The notes below the pieces were generated by a model that did not search any database, was not told where the DNA came from, and saw only the letters and a list, made by a program, of their open reading frames with translations. Position numbers and translations under genes: made by a program. 64,000 bases of DNA, from contig CAZSKP010000023.1 in the NCBI GenBank assembly GCA_964607485.1, positions 1 through 64,000 of the forward strand, given 5' to 3'. This stretch comes from an uncultured bacterium. GTDB taxonomy: Bacteria > Abyssobacteria > SURF-5. Shown one piece after another: positions 20,940 to 30,400 of the stretch. Each line of letters starts with the position of its first letter. The stretch's first letter is position 1.

Positions 20940-22622
20940 TTATGCCTCTTCCTTTTCTTCTGCCTCTGGTTTCTCCTGCTTCTTTTTCTGTTCCGCCTGT
21001 CGCGCGCTCAAGTATTTCTGCAGGTCGGACACATCTTTCAGCTCAAGGGTAAAGCCGAGGCCCTCGCTGGTCTCGCCCTGATAGATGGTCTTGACTTCCT
21101 TGCAGTATTTCTCGAGGTCGAGCCGAATCTTCGAAAGCTGCTTCAGCTCCTCGACCTTCGTGTCGCTGCTGATGGCGCCGCTTACGAGCACGCCGCCTTC
21201 CTTAATCTGTATCGACTTGACCCATGCATTATCGTCCAGAGAATTCGTCAGGAGGACCAGCGGCGTAACGGGATCTGCGCCCACCGACGGATATTTGGAG
21301 TAGATTTGGTATTCGCTCAAAAGGACGGCTTTCTGTTCGTTCAGTTCCTTGAGCTGGCCTTCGAATTTCTCATACTTGGCGATTTCCTTGTCGAGCGCGT
21401 CGATCTTTTCCGCCCTGATTTTCACTCCGGGCACCGCGCGCCAGAGTATCACTCCTGCAATTCCCAACAGAACGACAAAGCTCGCCACGTTGCAGAGCAT
21501 CTTCGTCCGCCGCGATTGCGCCGCCTTGATCTTCGGGGGTATCAGGCTAATCTTCAGCTGGCAGCATTCCTGCGCGCTCCTGAGCGCCAGCCCGACGGCG
21601 GTGCCGAACATGGGTGCAACCTTTCTGGCGCCGATGAGATTCTTCGGGACGGCGATTTTTCTCAAGGGATTCAGTATCTCCACCTGCACGCCCAGCCGGT
21701 CGGCAAGGAAGGGCCTCATGTTCCTAAGCATGGAACTTCCCCCGGCCAGGACTGCCCTGGATATCGCGGTCGCGCCCGTCAGAGAGCGGAAATAGCCTAT
21801 GGTCAGCTTTATCTCCCCCAGAAGCCTGTCCAAAACCCCTGCAATCGTCTTGGACACGCGAACCTGATCCTCGGTGAAATTGGCCTCTTGCGTCTCGGGG
21901 AAGATGAGTCCGTGCTGAATCTTGATGCGTTCGGCCTGTTCGAACGGGATGTTGAACTCGCGGGACAGGGCGTTTGTGATGTCGTTGCCCCCGATGCTCA
22001 CGCTGCGGCAGTATCTGAGCTCGCCCCCGAGCTCGATGAGAATGTCGGAGGTGCTCGCGCCCATTTCTATGATTGCGGTGCAGTCTTCTTTTTTGGAATA
22101 GCCGTTGTAGAGGTAGCAGTTGTAAAGGGCGAGCGGGATCGAGTCCATTATTCCCACTTTGACCTTGGCCTGCTCGATGTCGTGTATGAACGCCTCGGCC
22201 ACCTCCCCCTTCATGGCGACCATTATCACCTCGACCTCGCTCGATTCATCCGGCTCGAGCATCTGGTAATCCAGCGCAATATTTTCGATGGGGAAGGGAA
22301 TGGTCTGCTGTATCTCGTAGCGTACTATCTGGTCTATCTTGCTGGTTGGAATGGGAGGAAGCTTGATGTTGCGGATAAACGCGCTGTTGCCCGGCACTCC
22401 TACAACCACGTCGCGGCACTTACAGTCGCTCTTCTTTATCGCGGCGTCTATGGCCTTGGCCTGAACCTGGCGGGTCGCCTCGGGGGGCGCGTTCGGGGGA
22501 ACGCGAAACGGCATAACCGACCAGCTCGCCAGCGCCATGCCGTCAGCCGTTTTGGTTACTTCGACCACCTTCACTAACGCGGAGCCGGCGTCGACACCGA
22601 TCTTCTTAGTAGATGTGATCAT
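20940..22622 (-). CDS. pilM: PilM-PilN fusion
   Basis: IGVDAGSALVKVVE, IPFP, IEMGASTS, GGNDIT, LAGGSS, AVGLAL, then ISLIPP + TM + coiled coil (PilN). Confidence 0.9.
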   Translation of the reverse strand: MITSTKKIGVDAGSALVKVVEVTKTADGMALASWSVMPFRVPPNAPPEATRQVQAKAIDAAIKKSDCKCRDVVVGVPGNSAFIRNIKLPPIPTSKIDQIVRYEIQQTIPFPIENIALDYQMLEPDESSEVEVIMVAMKGEVAEAFIHDIEQAKVKVGIMDSIPLALYNCYLYNGYSKKEDCTAIIEMGASTSDILIELGGELRYCRSVSIGGNDITNALSREFNIPFEQAERIKIQHGLIFPETQEANFTEDQVRVSKTIAGVLDRLLGEIKLTIGYFRSLTGATAISRAVLAGGSSMLRNMRPFLADRLGVQVEILNPLRKIAVPKNLIGARKVAPMFGTAVGLALRSAQECCQLKISLIPPKIKAAQSRRTKMLCNVASFVVLLGIAGVILWRAVPGVKIRAEKIDALDKEIAKYEKFEGQLKELNEQKAVLLSEYQIYSKYPSVGADPVTPLVLLTNSLDDNAWVKSIQIKEGGVLVSGAISSDTKVEELKQLSKIRLDLEKYCKEVKTIYQGETSEGLGFTLELKDVSDLQKYLSARQAEQKKKQEKPEAEEKEEA

Positions 22623-22745
22623 CCGAAGCGCGATGACAGCTACCCCCGGACATACAAAAAGTCACATGCCCACACTTGTCCCCCGCTTCGAAACTGCGGA
22701 AGAACAAAGTGACCAAAATGTTGAAACCAAAATGGTTACAGCTAA

Positions 22746-22774
22746 ATTATATATGAACACTCACGCCATGTCAA
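22746..22774 (-). promoter_or_regulatory. Consensus sigma-70 promoter of pilM-secretin operon
   Basis: TTGACA-17 nt-TATAAT exact on minus strand. Confidence 0.8.
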
Positions 22775-22870
22775 CAAAAAAATGCTTCTCGTCGAGCCTC
22801 GGCAGGCGTGTCCAACCGCGAGACCGCGCTTCCCTTCTTCGCACCGTCGCACTTCGTCCTTCGCCCCTTG

Positions 22871-25303
22871 CTATCTGAACTGTTCCTGTCTGAGCTTGAT
22901 GGGTCTTTTCTCGACTGCCTCAGGCACGTTGACCTTGAGGCGGACAGTCGCGGGAACGAACTCGTAATCTGGGTTAGAGGCGTTAGTGCGCCGCAAGTAG
23001 TCCTGCGCCCAGAACGTCACGTCGTATGTGCCGGTGACAGGATTACCCGCCGCGTCGTTGAACGTAATACTCAGCGTGTAAGGCTGCGCGGAAGGAGTCG
23101 CCGGAACACCCGTGCCGCTGGAAGTTGCAAGTGCCGGCGAGTCGGTGTTCGGGACAGGCGTTACTTGCCACGCGTAGTCATAATAGGGTAGCGAACTCCC
23201 GTCCAGTGCTGTGTCGGCGACGCCGTTGCTCGGCGCGCCGCCTTCGGCAAACACGACAAATTTCAACTTGTGGTCACTCGGCAGTTGGACCGACGAGGGC
23301 GGCGCCTTGAGCAGCAGCGTCTTGCGCTCCAGTACCCTGAGCACGAGGTCGGCCTCGCTATCCGAATCGGCTCCGTTGTCGTCCACGGTCGCGGTGAACG
23401 GATAGTCGGCCGCCGTCTCATCTATGGGAATCGTGCCGACTATATACACACGGCTTATCTTGTCCACTGTATCAAGGGTCTTGTCAGCGAGTGAAAGCCC
23501 CGAAGGCAGACCAGTTGAACTCCAGGTGACCTGGGAAACATTGGTGCTGTAAATCGCGCGCACCGCTGCCAGGCTCTGCGCCTCCATGCGCTGGTAAGTG
23601 GCCCCCGTGGCCGGATCATTACTGTACTTTATTTTCTTCACCATCGGCTTCAGCAGCTTCTTGATAATCTCCACGCCGGTCGTGCTGACATCAACCCTGT
23701 AATACTGCTCTGCCGGCTCCTCATTTCCCGACGAATCGGTGAGCCTGAGCGTAAATCCATAGCTGCCGGCATTGGTCGGGGTGCCCGAGAAGGATATTGA
23801 GCTACCCGTTGTGGAGGCCGATGGGCAAGCGTCCGCAAGCGATAGCCCGGGCGGAATTGTGCCCGAGACGATACACCACGTGTATGGAGATGACCCACCC
23901 TGGGCCGTGAATGCCTGGGAGTACGCAGTTCCCTTCACCGCGGGCGCCAGGTCGGGCCCCGGCGGGTCTATCGCCAAGCCTGCGATATGGATGCTGAGCG
24001 GCTTCTGAGCCGTTTGAACCGGGACGGACTCGTCGGAGACCTTGACGGTGAAATTATACGTGCCGGGTACCGTGTATGGTGTACTGCCGGAATAGGTGAT
24101 TCGCAGGTCATAGTTCGGGCTTCCGGTATTCGCCGAGCTGAACTCAGGCGGGAGGCTTCCGGATGTAATCTCCCACACATATCCCCCAGTCCCGATATTT
24201 CCCCCGTAAGCCACCAAGGACTCATCGTACGACGAATACTTGTTGGCGTCGGGCAGGCTCTCGGTGGCGATTGTGAGCGGAGCCTCGCCCCCGGTCATGG
24301 TGTTCCAGTCGGCCTCGACCTGTATGTCATAGATGTTGAGCTTTGCGAGGCCCGCAGGATCGCTCCCGCACAGGGGGCACGTGTCAACGCCGTCAGTGGA
24401 ACATCCCTGCTGGCGCGTGAGGATTCTCACGGCCAGGTCGGTGCTGAGAGAGTCCAATATATAGTTCGGGTCGCTGGAGTCGTCGGTCAGAAACGCGCGG
24501 TTTGCGTCGCTCGCCAACACCTGGCCGAGGACCGTGCCAGTCGGTGGATTGTCATTTATCAACGAGGCGCTGCTTATGGTCGTGCTGAACGTGGGCGGAC
24601 TACCGCCGACCCCGAGGTTTTCTATGGCGTCGCTCACGCTCCATGATGTGAACTGTCCTGGGTAGTACCGCTCAAGGACAAGCGTGTTGGCAGTTGTGTC
24701 CTTTGACACGACATAGCCCACGTCGTCATATGGCTGAGTCGTGTCGCCTCCGATGAACAGCAGGATTTCGTCGCCCGCCACCAGGCCGGTGTCGTCGGGG
24801 TCGTCGACATACCCGATGGTGAACCGGACCATCTCATTCCAGGCTGAGTCGGCGGCGGTGGGGCCTTCGACAGTGTACTCGATCTTCCACTGGTTTGCCA
24901 GATTGTTGATTCCCGCGATCCGTACGAGCAGGTCGGCGTCGGTGATGAAGGTGGTGGTCTGCTGAAAGCTCGACCACTTGCCGCTCTCCGTGAATCCCGT
25001 ATCGGGCGTCTGGAGGCCGTCGCCGAAAATGTCGGCGTCGGTGTATGTCGTGGCCGCAGTAACAAGGTTCTTGTCGAACGCGAAGCCCAGCCGCTGTGTC
25101 GAGGAGATGGTGACGTCGGACCCGCAGTCGGTCAGGTTTCCTCCCACATACGTGTGCGTTGTGGCCGCCTGAGGCCGCCAGGTGAAGTCCAAAATTTGCG
25201 CCGTCACCCAGATCGAACGAAGAAGCAGCAGCCCCAGAATTCCGAACGCTATCAGGAAGGCCGCGGCGGCCGTCACATAGCGATTACGCTCTCGCGTACT
25301 CAC
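22871..25303 (-). CDS. Surface protein with putative Ig (He_PIG-like) repeats
   Basis: N-terminal hydrophobic segment; repeats WEITSGSLPP, WCIVSGTIPPGLSL, SGTPTNAGSYGFTLRLTDS, WSSTGLPSGLSL. Confidence 0.8.
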   Translation of the reverse strand: MSTRERNRYVTAAAAFLIAFGILGLLLLRSIWVTAQILDFTWRPQAATTHTYVGGNLTDCGSDVTISSTQRLGFAFDKNLVTAATTYTDADIFGDGLQTPDTGFTESGKWSSFQQTTTFITDADLLVRIAGINNLANQWKIEYTVEGPTAADSAWNEMVRFTIGYVDDPDDTGLVAGDEILLFIGGDTTQPYDDVGYVVSKDTTANTLVLERYYPGQFTSWSVSDAIENLGVGGSPPTFSTTISSASLINDNPPTGTVLGQVLASDANRAFLTDDSSDPNYILDSLSTDLAVRILTRQQGCSTDGVDTCPLCGSDPAGLAKLNIYDIQVEADWNTMTGGEAPLTIATESLPDANKYSSYDESLVAYGGNIGTGGYVWEITSGSLPPEFSSANTGSPNYDLRITYSGSTPYTVPGTYNFTVKVSDESVPVQTAQKPLSIHIAGLAIDPPGPDLAPAVKGTAYSQAFTAQGGSSPYTWCIVSGTIPPGLSLADACPSASTTGSSISFSGTPTNAGSYGFTLRLTDSSGNEEPAEQYYRVDVSTTGVEIIKKLLKPMVKKIKYSNDPATGATYQRMEAQSLAAVRAIYSTNVSQVTWSSTGLPSGLSLADKTLDTVDKISRVYIVGTIPIDETAADYPFTATVDDNGADSDSEADLVLRVLERKTLLLKAPPSSVQLPSDHKLKFVVFAEGGAPSNGVADTALDGSSLPYYDYAWQVTPVPNTDSPALATSSGTGVPATPSAQPYTLSITFNDAAGNPVTGTYDVTFWAQDYLRRTNASNPDYEFVPATVRLKVNVPEAVEKRPIKLRQEQFR

Positions 25304-25326
25304 AAAACCATCTCCTTTTTTCTTCC

Positions 25327-25592
25327 GTCCGCAGATTACGCAGATTTTTGCTGATTATTGACATATGTATAAGCATTGCAAAAGCCTTTGTTTCGTCATT
25401 CCCGCTTACGCGGGAATCCAGAACGTCAAAATGGTTGTGAGCTTACTGGATGCCCGCTCCCCGATCGGGTCGAGGACATGTTTCGCGGGCATGACATTCC
25501 CTGCTTTACTTAAACAGAAACCTATAATCAGGAACGTTCATCCTGATGCAGTCGTTGGGTTCAATCTGCGCCCATCTGCGTAATCTGTGGAT
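25327..25592. repeat. 30-bp CRCAGAT-type inverted-repeat pair, no gene cargo
   Basis: Arms 25327-25356 and 25563-25592, 23/30 complementary. Confidence 0.85.
25395..25495. repeat. REP/dRS3-like palindromic element nested in the 30-bp pair
   Basis: GTCATTCCCGCTTACGCGGGAATCCAG ... CTGGATGCCCGC...GCGGGCATGAC. Confidence 0.85.
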
Positions 25593-25600
25593 GAAATCGG

Positions 25601-28600
25601 TCATCTCTGATAGATCACTTCCATCTTCTTCGAGGATGTCACTTCCTCTTCCTCGATGATTCCGTTGTTGTTCGCGTCGGTGGCGGCCTGGCCCAGGACG
25701 ATTATCTTGTAGACGTCTGACCTCGCGGTTATCAGCCCGGAGATGTTTCTGAACACGTCCGGCGTGAAGAAATAACCGGGATTGGCTGAGGCATCCTGCA
25801 TCTGTATTTCACTCGCCCGGTAAACGTCGCCGATCGACTCGAATGCCCGGATATTCCGTGCCTGAATTATGGCGTCGGCGTAATCGCTCTTCGTCGGCGT
25901 CTCCGACCACGCGGCCGAGGAATCGTCCAGGTTGGGCAGTTCGAGCCGCAGCCCCTGCAGCACTTGGTGGCTCGCCGTGTTGACGTTGATGCGGCCGAAC
26001 GTTTGCGGCGGCGGCGCGAGCACCGCGCGGATGAAGTGATACTGCACGGCAGCGGCGGCGGCGTTCCGGATGGTCAAGTTCAGCATGGCCTGCTGACCCG
26101 GCGAGGTCTTTGCGATCGTCACGGGACCGACGTAGATCGGAATCTCGGTTGCCTGGGTCGAGCCGTAGTTTACGACGCTGTAGAGGTCATAGGTGCCCTC
26201 CTGCACGCCGGCATCTTCATCCCATGTGAGCGTAAAGTTGGTACTCGCTCCCGGCGGGACAGTGTACACTTCCGGATCGTCCGTGTCGGGCCAGGACGCT
26301 GCGGCAGCCGTTATGAGAGAACTAAAGAGTGACCCGTTCGTCATGCTTTCGCCGACCGCCCAGTATTTGGCGACCGAAGAGGGTTTGAAGAAAATCCAAT
26401 TGTTCGTCGTATCGACACCGACGAGGCTATCAGATTCGGTTCTAGTGGAATTGGTTATAGCGCTGCCGACCGAGAGTTCGCTGTCATCGGCTAAGGCACT
26501 GTACTGGATCGCGACATTTGCCGCTGCGGCCTCGAGGTCGATGCACGCCGTGGTGAAGTAGTCGGCAAGGCCGCGCACGTCGGCGGATTTTTCACGTACA
26601 GAAGTTATGGTGGCCGCGCCCGCCGCGTAGCTTATCGTCTCGCCCACCTTCCACTCGGTGACAGGGTCGCCCGAGGCCTGATTCATTGTCAACTGGATGA
26701 CCTTGTTATCCGGATCCGTTGTATCCACAACTGTTGCAATGCCGCTCTGGTTGGGGTCTTTCGATGTGTTGGTGATCGTGTCGCTGGCCGAGGGGTCGGC
26801 CGTCTCGTTTGCGTAGCCTATCTCCACGTAGAAGTCCATCTCGTCGCCGAGGTAGGTGTCCATCATCTTCACCGAGCTGATGGTCGCGCCGAAGTCGACG
26901 GTCGGGTCGGAGCCGTCGTCTGTCATCCAGTCGCCGAACTTCCACGTGGACACGGGATTCTGGAAATCGCCCCGCAAGACCATCCAGCCGCTGGGCCCCA
27001 ACTGGTTGACGGTCGAGCCGTAGTCGGTGGTGTTGATGGCGAGGATGACGGCCGTCTGGTTGTTCTCATCCTCGTTGATGATGACATCGCCGACGCTGAG
27101 CTTGAGGTCGTCGGTGGTGCCTGCGACGGTCTCGTCGTAGCCCACGACGGCGATGTACTCATGGAAAAGCGGCGCCCTCACCAGTTCGCCGGGGCCGGCG
27201 AGGTTGCGGTCCTTCACCTTACACTCGGCCGTGGCGACGCGCCGGTCGTAGCTGACGCTCCGATTGTTCGCCTCGGCGGGTGTCATGAACCCGGCGCTAC
27301 CCCGTGAGTTGGGCGAATAGTTGACGAACTCCGTCGTCGAGAGCGTGGGATCGACGTTCGGATCGGTCAGCCACGGGTCGTTCCAGAACTTCCAGTCGTC
27401 GTAGGCGCCGTCGGCGACGACGTTGTAGTAGCCGGGGTAGTTCCAAGGATAAGAAAGCGTTGCAATATAAGAACGCATCTTGAAGTTCTGGTCGGCGTTG
27501 AGCCGTTCTCCGGGATTGGCGGGATGGTCGCGCTGCAGGCTGGCGAACGCCTCGGCCACGTTGCCTGCATCGTAGGTCACCTGGTCAACCAGGTTGCCGT
27601 TCGCATCGTAGAGCGACACCTTTCCGGCCTCAACATTGAAGACGACATCGTCAGTGCCGTCGGCGGTGCCCCGCACATCCACGGCGGAGGTATTGTTATT
27701 CGGATTGTCCAGCGGCTCATTGCCGAAGAAATCTATCCCGCCGGAATAGATGTTCGAGATGGATGCGAGTTGATAGACGTTTGCGCTTGTCGCCAGTGTG
27801 GACCATACGGTGTCGAACGAGATGCCGTTGCTGATGGTGGCAGACGCCCCCGCGTTGTCGGTTCTGTCGATAACGAACACGATGTAGTGGGGCGGCCCGG
27901 GCGCCCACACGGTCGGGTCGTCAACGGGCAGTATGCCCACGTCGGGCAGCGACAACTGAAAGCTTTCCGAAACATACTTGGCCAGCGCGGTCTCATCCAC
28001 ATCCTTCGTGTACTCCGAGACGATGGTCCAGTTATTGACGTTGACGGTCTGGTCGCCGATGTTCACCAGCTCAATCCACTCGCAGTCGGGCTCAAGCGTG
28101 AAATAGAACCAGTCGACGTCAACGTCATCAACGTAGTCTGACGCACTTCCTGACGTAGGCCGTGGCTTCTCGAAATAGACTGAGTTGTCGCCGCCATGAA
28201 GGCGCGCATCCCCGAATGTGGCGTTGTCAGACAGAATGGCTTCCTCCACGTACCACACATTATTGGGGGTGGATTGCGGCGAAGGCTTGGTCGCCCACCT
28301 GCAATTCTGGCCGTTCAAGTAACCGGTGCCTGGATCACCGGGATCGGAACCGAGCCCGGAATAAATGACCGGGTTTCCATTAACATATACTCTGAAGCCG
28401 GTGTCGGCAGTATTGGAGAGAGTTTGGGTTCCCGAGCTCCGTACTCTCATCCTAAGTTTGAACGCGTATCCGGTTGCGGAGTCGAAAGGAGGGTCAGGCA
28501 AAGTGACCGTAACCACGGCAGATGTTTCACTCGCTGAGTTGTTTGGCCACGCGTCGGGATTCGTCAGATAATCTTCAGTTCCGCGAGGCGAGCCTGCGCC

Positions 28601-30391
28601 TTGCGCTACAGGATTCAACCCATAAAAGATCGCCGTCTCCCAATCATTCGCAATCCCGGTATAAAGCCATTCCCCTTCGTACAGGTTTGTGGCGGCGCGG
28701 ACGAGGACCTCATTTATGCGGATGGCCTCGACGCCGGCGAAGACGTCTCCGGCGGTGTCGCGGAGTTCGGCGCGCGAATTGCTTCGGTCGCGATAATCGT
28801 AGATGTTCGCGGCGGCCTGCATGTTGCGGAGGTCGGGCCGTTCAAACGCATCGGTGTCGAACGCATTAATGGACGGGAAGGCGGCATGCACGGCGGCCAG
28901 GTTCTGCTCGGGTATGGAGAAGTTGGGGTTAATCCGAAGCTCCTCGTCTCTGTTCAGGTTACGGTCGTGGGAGAGGGTGGACATGAAGTGGCGACGGTCG
29001 CGCGCCGTATTGGTCGAGCCGTCGAAGTTGGTGCTGATCGTGCCGGTCAAGAAGCCGCTCAGGCCGACGGCCGCCGAGTCCTCGAGCTGCTCGAGCGTGA
29101 GTATGGGCTGGTCGTCGGCTTCGTTGGTTTCATCGGTAATTCCATTACTGTTATCGTCGGAGCCATTATAGTCAAGCGGGGTTCCCCGATACGGCCTCAG
29201 CGGGCGGAATTCCTCCGGCTCGTTAATCCCCTCTGTCGCCTCATCGACGGTGCCGTCGCCGTCGTTGTCAACGCCGTCGTTGGCATAGAACAGCCGGTTG
29301 TAGTTGTCGTCGTCGTCGTTGAAGCTGGCCGGGTCGTACGTGGTCGTGTCGGACCACATGTCGTTCTGGCCGGGAACATAAATCCGGTTTTTATCCGTGC
29401 CGTCGCCGGGAGTAAACGTCCAGCCCGGCCCGGGCGACGCGGTCGGCGGGAACCCCCGCCGATACATGGTGATATTCCTCGCCTCAGTGGAGGTTGCATT
29501 GAGGCCGTCGGTGAGGCTGATCTCAAATGGGCTCCATCCCTCGTTCGCTCCGTGTCCCCAGCCGTTGGAATAGTCCTTCCACGTTCCGACGAGGTTGGCG
29601 AGATTGCCCGCGACGTTGATGTTGATCTTGCTCTGCTCGTCTAGGATGAGCACGGCGTAGCGGCCGATGAGGTTGCCGCTCTGGTCGTAGTAGTTGTGCC
29701 AGATGGCGTCGAGTGTGCTGGGATCGCTGGAGTCATAGTCGCCGTCGAGGTCAACCTCGTCGGGCTTGGAGACGGTGACGACCGCGACATTAAATAGATT
29801 GCTGGCCTGGTCGCGTTTTCCGACCAGTCTGTCGCCAACCTCCCAGAGTGCGGTCGAAAGCGAGTTGAGGTACAGGAGGTTATTGTTGGTGTCGATGGCA
29901 ATGACCTTCGCCGTGACCCCTTCGCGGGGCGGATCGGCGTCGGCGGGCTCGACGTTCGTTACCGTGTCGCCCGCCGCGAGCCCCAACTCGTTGCCATCGG
30001 TTATCGTGTCGTCGTAACTGATGACCACCGGGGCGGAGAACATCCGCCGCCAGTCGTCGCGGAGCGAGTCGTAGGTCTCGGTCACGGGCACAGTCGGGTC
30101 GCGCAGGTCGCCGGTGCGTTTTATCTTGTCGGCCTCGAGCACGTAGATGGCGTTGGCCGCTCCCGCCTCGGCGATGTCGGTGGCGGTGACGGTGCGCATG
30201 TACGCCTCGGATGCGCGCAGACTCAGGCGTGTCGAGAACACGAACGAGACGGCCATGACCGTCAAGAGCGCGAGTATGCCCAGCACGACGATCAACACCG
30301 CGCCGCTGTTAGAACGGCGAATTTTCACAAGAAGAGAACCTTTAATAGCCACATACTTCACTAAGCTCAAGAGACTTTTCCAGAAATGCAT
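25601..30391 (-). CDS. Giant PilX/GspK-like minor pilin (~1590 aa) with lamin-tail-like and HhH-like segments
   Basis: G-AVLIVVLGILALL (no E5), AEAG, DEQSKININ, IRINEV...EWIELVN, GRINVNTAS, ITARSDVYKI; start may be GTG 30328. Confidence 0.85.
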   Translation of the reverse strand: MHFWKSLLSLVKYVAIKGSLLVKIRRSNSGAVLIVVLGILALLTVMAVSFVFSTRLSLRASEAYMRTVTATDIAEAGAANAIYVLEADKIKRTGDLRDPTVPVTETYDSLRDDWRRMFSAPVVISYDDTITDGNELGLAAGDTVTNVEPADADPPREGVTAKVIAIDTNNNLLYLNSLSTALWEVGDRLVGKRDQASNLFNVAVVTVSKPDEVDLDGDYDSSDPSTLDAIWHNYYDQSGNLIGRYAVLILDEQSKININVAGNLANLVGTWKDYSNGWGHGANEGWSPFEISLTDGLNATSTEARNITMYRRGFPPTASPGPGWTFTPGDGTDKNRIYVPGQNDMWSDTTTYDPASFNDDDDNYNRLFYANDGVDNDGDGTVDEATEGINEPEEFRPLRPYRGTPLDYNGSDDNSNGITDETNEADDQPILTLEQLEDSAAVGLSGFLTGTISTNFDGSTNTARDRRHFMSTLSHDRNLNRDEELRINPNFSIPEQNLAAVHAAFPSINAFDTDAFERPDLRNMQAAANIYDYRDRSNSRAELRDTAGDVFAGVEAIRINEVLVRAATNLYEGEWLYTGIANDWETAIFYGLNPVAQGAGSPRGTEDYLTNPDAWPNNSASETSAVVTVTLPDPPFDSATGYAFKLRMRVRSSGTQTLSNTADTGFRVYVNGNPVIYSGLGSDPGDPGTGYLNGQNCRWATKPSPQSTPNNVWYVEEAILSDNATFGDARLHGGDNSVYFEKPRPTSGSASDYVDDVDVDWFYFTLEPDCEWIELVNIGDQTVNVNNWTIVSEYTKDVDETALAKYVSESFQLSLPDVGILPVDDPTVWAPGPPHYIVFVIDRTDNAGASATISNGISFDTVWSTLATSANVYQLASISNIYSGGIDFFGNEPLDNPNNNTSAVDVRGTADGTDDVVFNVEAGKVSLYDANGNLVDQVTYDAGNVAEAFASLQRDHPANPGERLNADQNFKMRSYIATLSYPWNYPGYYNVVADGAYDDWKFWNDPWLTDPNVDPTLSTTEFVNYSPNSRGSAGFMTPAEANNRSVSYDRRVATAECKVKDRNLAGPGELVRAPLFHEYIAVVGYDETVAGTTDDLKLSVGDVIINEDENNQTAVILAINTTDYGSTVNQLGPSGWMVLRGDFQNPVSTWKFGDWMTDDGSDPTVDFGATISSVKMMDTYLGDEMDFYVEIGYANETADPSASDTITNTSKDPNQSGIATVVDTTDPDNKVIQLTMNQASGDPVTEWKVGETISYAAGAATITSVREKSADVRGLADYFTTACIDLEAAAANVAIQYSALADDSELSVGSAITNSTRTESDSLVGVDTTNNWIFFKPSSVAKYWAVGESMTNGSLFSSLITAAAASWPDTDDPEVYTVPPGASTNFTLTWDEDAGVQEGTYDLYSVVNYGSTQATEIPIYVGPVTIAKTSPGQQAMLNLTIRNAAAAAVQYHFIRAVLAPPPQTFGRINVNTASHQVLQGLRLELPNLDDSSAAWSETPTKSDYADAIIQARNIRAFESIGDVYRASEIQMQDASANPGYFFTPDVFRNISGLITARSDVYKIIVLGQAATDANNNGIIEEEEVTSSKKMEVIYQR

Positions 30392-30400
30392 TTTTTTCTT

